A stretch of 64,000 nt of DNA from Nemertoderma westbladi (taxonomy: Eukaryota; Animalia; Xenacoelomorpha), in contig JAUCBJ010005099.1 in assembly GCA_032718475.1 (NCBI GenBank), forward strand, positions 13,937-77,936. Direction: 5' to 3'. Made by a program: the position numbers and the translations under genes. Of this stretch, positions 58,551-64,000 are shown piece by piece (position 1 is the first letter of the stretch; every line of letters begins with the position of its first letter). Below the pieces are notes generated by a model. The model ran no database searches and was not told where the DNA came from. It saw only the letters and a list, made by a program, of their open reading frames with translations.

Positions 58551-59625
58551 TGTACGCAGGCATCTGGGCTCTGTTTAATCGGCCAACAAGCCTAGGGAGG
58601 TTGCGTCATAGCCTTGTTTTGTATCTCCCAATAGAATTTGAGTTAGCCTTGATTTGACCTATCACAGAGTACTGAACTGAAAATTTCCTATCTCACTGCT
58701 CTTTCTCTGTGTTGAACGGGAGCTTCGTGGAATAAGGGAGTTGGTATCCTCGTATAGAGCAGTAGTCACGAGTTTTTCAAAGCCACGAAAGAACGGCTTT
58801 GTAGTGTTTTATGCTTTCTGCTTTTTAGCTCAACACTAGGAGGTTTAATTATAAGGACATATATCCTTTAACTGACCTGGCGGCTGACCAAACGCACCTG
58901 ATGACTGACTGATTGTCTTAACTCAAAACAAACTGGCACGATTGATCTGTCAATACTGTGTACTGCTATTTGTTGTCGGTTATTCATTATATTTGTTGAT
59001 GAATTATTATATTGGAATAACGAGAAATAACCCCGACACCCAATATTCTTGATATACCGAAGGTAAGAGAGAAAGGTTACCAATAACGATTGTGACTTAT
59101 GTTAAAGTGGTTTGAAGTGAATCTAATGTTATTTGATAGACCCTACATGAGTCAGCCTGTGTTCCTTTTATATGTGACTAAAATCAGTAAAGATTGGCAG
59201 ATTAGTGTGCAGTATTGTGCAGCATTGTGTGCGAGTGAGTCTGTTAAAGAAGCATTTCCTAAAGAATGTGCCATATATGTGAAATATAATTAAACCATAT
59301 CGTTGTGAGTAGTTTAAGTCATAACTCTGTTTATATAGATAAAGCGCCACGTCCTAAAGGAACTGTTAATATTCCCGAAGGTGAATAATATTGTCAGAGA
59401 TTATATAATACTGTCAGTCGAATAATACATTAGGCTTACATAGCAACAAAATTAAACCGTCGAACCCAATCTCCCGGGAATATCCAGCGGGTGAATGGTC
59501 GCGCACGGATTGGTTTCGACTAGTGTAGTGAATCAAATACTTGTCATAGGCTAAAAAGCGATTTAATATCTAGAAGACATCTTAATTTGGCGGGTTAAAC
59601 TGCCAAAGGTCTGAAAGCGCGAACA
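58551..59625 (+). repeat. 5' LTR of element 3
   Basis: TGTACGC...AAAGCGCGAACA. About 58950-59625 is homologous to the element 2 LTR; the first 300-400 bp are unrelated. Confidence 0.85.
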
Positions 59626-59637
59626 TTAAAGGATATA
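59626..59637 (+). promoter_or_regulatory. Non-tRNA primer-binding site of element 3 (TTAAAGGATATA), complementary to its own LTR
   Basis: Perfect reverse complement of TATATCCTTTAA at 58860-58871. Confidence 0.75.
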
Positions 59638-61808
59638 GCTTCTTTGTTGCAGTAAGCAATAAAGTTGAAAGTACCGGTCAACCGGTAAACCTGAACCGGT
59701 ACATTCTGTAGGTCAGTAGGCCTAGCTGTCCTAACCGGTACTTCCGTATAAGTACACTAGTATTATTCGATTTGATTGTTGCATACCGGTAGGCTGTTTA
59801 GGGGATTAGGGATTGATCACCCCTTATACCTTTATATGGTTTACTTATTTCTGTCAAGTTTTATTTATTTGTAGGACAGTATTGAACAGAAGGCGTGTAA
59901 GCCTGATCAGATTGTACAGACGATTTGTAGGCTGAGCTGTTGTCTGATTGCTGTTAAGTCCGAACGAATTGCAGTGTGTGTAGATCACCTGTCCGATTAA
60001 GTACGGTTAGGAAGTAGGGGCAGCGAACGCTGTAAGGTAAACCCCCAACTAAAGAATAAGTCGCACTACTGGGTTAGAGCGCATACTCCCTAATCATTTC
60101 GGAGTCTGCATGTCCTGTAGTTTATTTAGGCTTGAGAGTAGTCTGCCATCGTTTGGTCTGTACTTTGTTTGTGTAAGTCTGTACGGGTAGCGTATAATTT
60201 TATTTAGATAATTTGTAGGCTGGATAGTTGTCTGGCTGTTATTAGGTCTGAACGGATTGCCGCGTGTGTAGATCATCTGTCCGATTAAGTACGGTTAGGC
60301 AGTAGGGGCAGCGAACGCTGTAAGGTAAACCCCCAACTAAAGAATAAGTCGCACTACTGGGTTAGAGCGCATACTCCCTAATCATTTCGGAGTCTGCATA
60401 TACCGTAGTTTGTTTAGGCTTGATAGTAGTCTGTCGGTGTTCGGTCTGTATTTTGTTTGAGTAGTTTGTACGCGTAGCGTAATATTTATTATTCAGAGTT
60501 TATGCGATTATCCGCAACATTCATTCCCCAAGTTTGTTCCTACAGTAATTGTGTTTGTTATACATACCGCTATAGTTAAATTAACCCCGGTACTACACGG
60601 GCTGCTCGGCGTAGGTAAAGACTGGTGATTTTGTGCATCGGTCACTCCAGCAGATGCCGTGGTTCTTTTAGCTGTTCAAGTATATTTAACTACTGATTAT
60701 CTGTTGTACAAGTACTCGTACCTAATTTAGGGTTTAGTGTACAGTACTTTCCGAAGTAATTAGTGTAGGCATTATATTTGTGTTGTAAAGTGGTTGATAG
60801 GCACATTCGATTAGCTCTATTAACTTCTAGGTAGGAACACTCCGTGATACATAACGTAGAACCTATAGCGATACGGCTATAGGTCGTCAGGCGGTGGTAT
60901 TTTCCTATCTAGACAACGCAGTGTATTTACTACTACTTATTATTTCAAATACTGTAGTACCCTGTCCGTTGTAATAACCAGTTTTCTAACCCTTTGTTAG
61001 GCTGGTTTGTAGACTTCTTGTAAAATTACCCTAAAAATTCGTATTTTGTGTTTTTTGTAAATTTTTGTGTTTATTTAGAGATTGTAATCTCACCCGAATT
61101 GTACGTAATTTGTAGTATTAAGTAACTTAGGTAAATTAGTATTATTTGTTTTAGTGTCCTATACGTAACACTTCACTAAAAGCGCACTGCTTTGTGTAGT
61201 GATTACCCCGGAAATAATAACATTTATTTCAAACATTGACTAAACCCATTAAAACGGGTATATATATATTATAAATCAAATCTAACGATTTATAAATAGT
61301 AGGCCTACCATATAACAACTAGGTCTCCATATCAGTTGGACTACTGCTCAAATAACGGTAATAAAGTAAGTAAAGTAACAAAGTAACCCTAAAGTAACAG
61401 AAATTCAATTATTTGAAATAATTGATATACCGGTATTTACGATAGGCCTATTATCTTTATTTCTATAAATCTAGGCTGAAATTATACCGGTACTTGTAAT
61501 TAATTCTATTTCAGAATTATATATCCTACAAACTGTAAGCTGTATACCGGTATTCCAGATAAGCCTATTATATATTATATATATTTGTGCTAAATTTATA
61601 CCGGTATTCTGTGATAAACCTAGTCTGTGATAATACTTATATAGTTATATATACTATAAGTATACCGGTATTCTAATATATTATATATATATCACGCTAC
61701 ACTGAGTAGCCGTACCGGTAATTAATTATTAGGCTAACAGTTAATACTGAGTTACTAGACTTGCTCAAACTGTAATACAGCAGTAGACATTCAACGGTAT
61801 ACATAGTC

Positions 61809-64000
61809 ATGTCTGATACTAAGCAGAACCTGTCAGACAGTATATTAGATGTAACTATCTGCGACTCAGATAGAGACGTACAACCGTCTGGTCGTAAATT
61901 CAGTTCACCTCCCACTGTGAGGAAGGTCATCCCTCCAGTAGTAATAACAGAACCTAGGCTAGTCCAACATCGTAGGTCTATCATAGGCACTCGAGCTCAG
62001 GTCAAGCGGGACCAAGAAGCGGCGGAACAGCAACAACCCGCGAGTCAAGAACTTATTCCTCAGCGGCCCAGCAGCTCCAGTGGTGAGGATACTGTAGAGC
62101 TGACACCCGAGAGCGGAGCAGAGAGGACGGATGCGGTTTATACGAATCCCCTCCTCATCCTTCCTGCAGCCGTACTCAGCGGGTTATTGATCGCGGTGGA
62201 AGAACACCAGATCGATTGGGCGAGGAGTCAACGATCCACTAGAGATCGTTATGCGGGGTACACGAGGGAAGAATTGAAGTCTATTGTCGAGTCGCAATGG
62301 AACTTCCCCGGACCCGGACTCCCGTTTGATTTATCAGAAGCTGTCTGGGAAGACATACACCGGATGGGAGTAGCCAAGGAAACCATCGATCCAGCTGTAT
62401 GGAAGAGGTCCGCAGCCGGATACGTACAGGGATTCTTCAGCTCTATGGAGCGAGTAGAAAGACAACTATTTAAACAACCTCAAGGACCTCAAGAGCAGGA
62501 ACAGCTGCTTTATCAAGTTAGAGAAAGAGTTCTGCGAATTAGGCTAATCTTATCCGCCTTTGAGGAGGCTTCTAAAAGAAGACAAGACACGTCGTTGCAA
62601 GTTGCCGTAAAGACTTGGCTTCAAAGGGTGAGACGCCAGGTTCAAGGAGCAGCTCAGTGGAAAGTTCAGTTGGAGGAGCGCTCAACACAAGGAGAATCGA
62701 CAGACGCTACTTTCTCCCAAGTGGAAAGTGAAGCGACGGCAGAGAAACCGCATAAGAAGGATGCCATTGATATCTATCTGTCAGACTATCAGCGTTTTGT
62801 GGGAGATGAAGAGTTGAGGAGAAGGCTAGAGGGACTTAGCCCTAATAGCGAAGGAGCCAAACTTGTGTTAGATGCGATTGATGTGGATAGGTTAGCGGCG
62901 AACCAAGCTAAATTCGAGGAACAACTCCGCATCGCTAGAGAAAAGGAAGAGCAAGTAAGGAAAAAACGTATAGAAGATAGAAAGACAGCAGCAGCAGCAG
63001 TGGCAGCGGCAGAAGCGGAAGGAAAAGCGGCAGCGGCAGAAGCAGAAGGAAAAGCGGCAGCGGCAGAAGCGGAAAGAAAGGCAGCAGAGGCAGCGGCAGA
63101 AAAGAAAGCGGCAGCGGCAGAAGCACAAAGGAAAGCGGCAGCGGCAGAAGCGGAAAGAAAGATAGCAGTGGCAGAAGCAGAACGGAGGGCATCTGAAGAG
63201 ACAACCCAACTAGAGCTGGAAAATCTTCAAGAGAGGCAAGATAACTTTAATAAACAGTTAACAGCTAGTAATATGCAGATGATGAATCGATCTACTCCCA
63301 AACGACAAGGTTATACATCATCTGAGGAAGGCGATACCACCGACGCTGAAGGCGGAGGAAATCGATCCCGCCTAAGCAGACGTAAAAGAACATTCCACCG
63401 TCAGAAATTGCCTGATTTGCCTCCAGCTGTTAGAAGGCAACTAAATAACACCAACTTAGAGAGTACAGAACCCACAGACCAAATAATTACAATAGAAAGA
63501 CTCCCTACTATAGTAGATGAGCCTGAAATAAGTAGGCCTGTTCTTGAAATCACCCCTTCGGTAATAGACACACCTGGGCTCCCTGAAGCTACCTATAAAT
63601 TCCCTCTGCATAGCACTAAGCTACCTGTGCCCCGTAGAACTGCCCAGGAGACAGTTCAGGTCCTGGACCCCGAGCGAAATATTCCAAATTTGTCGCCCGT
63701 TGTCCCTCGTCTGCCCGCTACGACGTTGGCGGATCCCGTTTTGGCGGTTGATTGGGTAGACGAGAGACGGCGGGGGATGGATATTCTCCTAGGAGAGATG
63801 AGGGAGAATCGGAAACGCTCTTCCCAACAGGTCCGAGAGTTGGAAGGGACTGTCCAACATTTAAAAGGAACGGTGAGGGAAAGTAGGTTAGAGTTGCAAG
63901 AAGTGCAGCAAAGTATCGCGTTAGAACGCGATAGATTAGTAAATTTACAAAAGGGTATACCACCACCCCCTGTAACAATGTGTCAACCCGTTAGGTCTGA
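61809..64000 (+). CDS. Gag N-terminal region of element 3 (about 730 codons, open to the window end, not in the ORF track)
   Basis: ATG at 61809 gives MSDTKQNLSDSILDVTICDSD... Spot checks stay in frame through HRMGVAKETIDPAVWKRSAAGYVQGFF and ...PPVTMCQPVRS, homologous to 46842-51059. Confidence 0.9.
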   Translation, partial: MSDTKQNLSDSILDVTICDSDRDVQPSGRKFSSPPTVRKVIPPVVITEPRLVQHRRSIIGTRAQVKRDQEAAEQQQPASQELIPQRPSSSSGEDTVELTPESGAERTDAVYTNPLLILPAAVLSGLLIAVEEHQIDWARSQRSTRDRYAGYTREELKSIVESQWNFPGPGLPFDLSEAVWEDIHRMGVAKETIDPAVWKRSAAGYVQGFFSSMERVERQLFKQPQGPQEQEQLLYQVRERVLRIRLILSAFEEASKRRQDTSLQVAVKTWLQRVRRQVQGAAQWKVQLEERSTQGESTDATFSQVESEATAEKPHKKDAIDIYLSDYQRFVGDEELRRRLEGLSPNSEGAKLVLDAIDVDRLAANQAKFEEQLRIAREKEEQVRKKRIEDRKTAAAAVAAAEAEGKAAAAEAEGKAAAAEAERKAAEAAAEKKAAAAEAQRKAAAAEAERKIAVAEAERRASEETTQLELENLQERQDNFNKQLTASNMQMMNRSTPKRQGYTSSEEGDTTDAEGGGNRSRLSRRKRTFHRQKLPDLPPAVRRQLNNTNLESTEPTDQIITIERLPTIVDEPEISRPVLEITPSVIDTPGLPEATYKFPLHSTKLPVPRRTAQETVQVLDPERNIPNLSPVVPRLPATTLADPVLAVDWVDERRRGMDILLGEMRENRKRSSQQVRELEGTVQHLKGTVRESRLELQEVQQSIALERDRLVNLQKGIPPPPVTMCQPVRS

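Larger units (their letters stand above)
58551..64000 (+). mobile_element. BEL/Pao element 3, diverged sister of element 2, truncated by the window end
   Basis: The 3' part of the LTR, the 2.2-kb leader and the Gag N-terminus are all colinear with the reverse complement of element 2. Confidence 0.92.

Noticed and set aside
57072-58563. Minus-strand ORFs with GSGRCSM/GAVDVQW repeats
   Set aside because: Translations of the 22/23-bp satellite.

Overview
AT-rich, repeat-dense eukaryotic DNA, most likely from an invertebrate animal. Host content is small: an uninterrupted Gemin8 CDS (13137-13772, minus) and a candidate first coding exon with a synapsin domain-A-like N-terminus (39402-39535, plus). 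There are three BEL/Pao LTR retroelements. Element 1 is intact, with a 2712-aa Gag-Pol. Element 2 (42440-54590, minus) is non-autonomous: it keeps an open Gag-protease ORF, has lost RT, most of RNase H and integrase by in-frame deletions, and carries an extra Cys/His-rich ORF in the env position. Element 3 (from 58551, plus, running off the window) is a diverged sister of element 2. The rest is MULE, CACTA-like, piggyBac and Helentron-like non-autonomous DNA elements, LINE and SINE fragments, and four tandem arrays (17, 22-23, 30 and 63 bp units). The best lead concerns priming. Elements 2 and 3 have no tRNA primer-binding site. Instead, the 12-13 nt directly after the 5' LTR are perfectly complementary to a site at the same position inside their own LTR, and the sequence differs between the two elements while the pairing is kept. 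This points to tRNA-independent self-priming of reverse transcription, which I know from Tf1-group Gypsy elements but not from BEL/Pao. All coordinates and alignments were read by eye; no searches were run.
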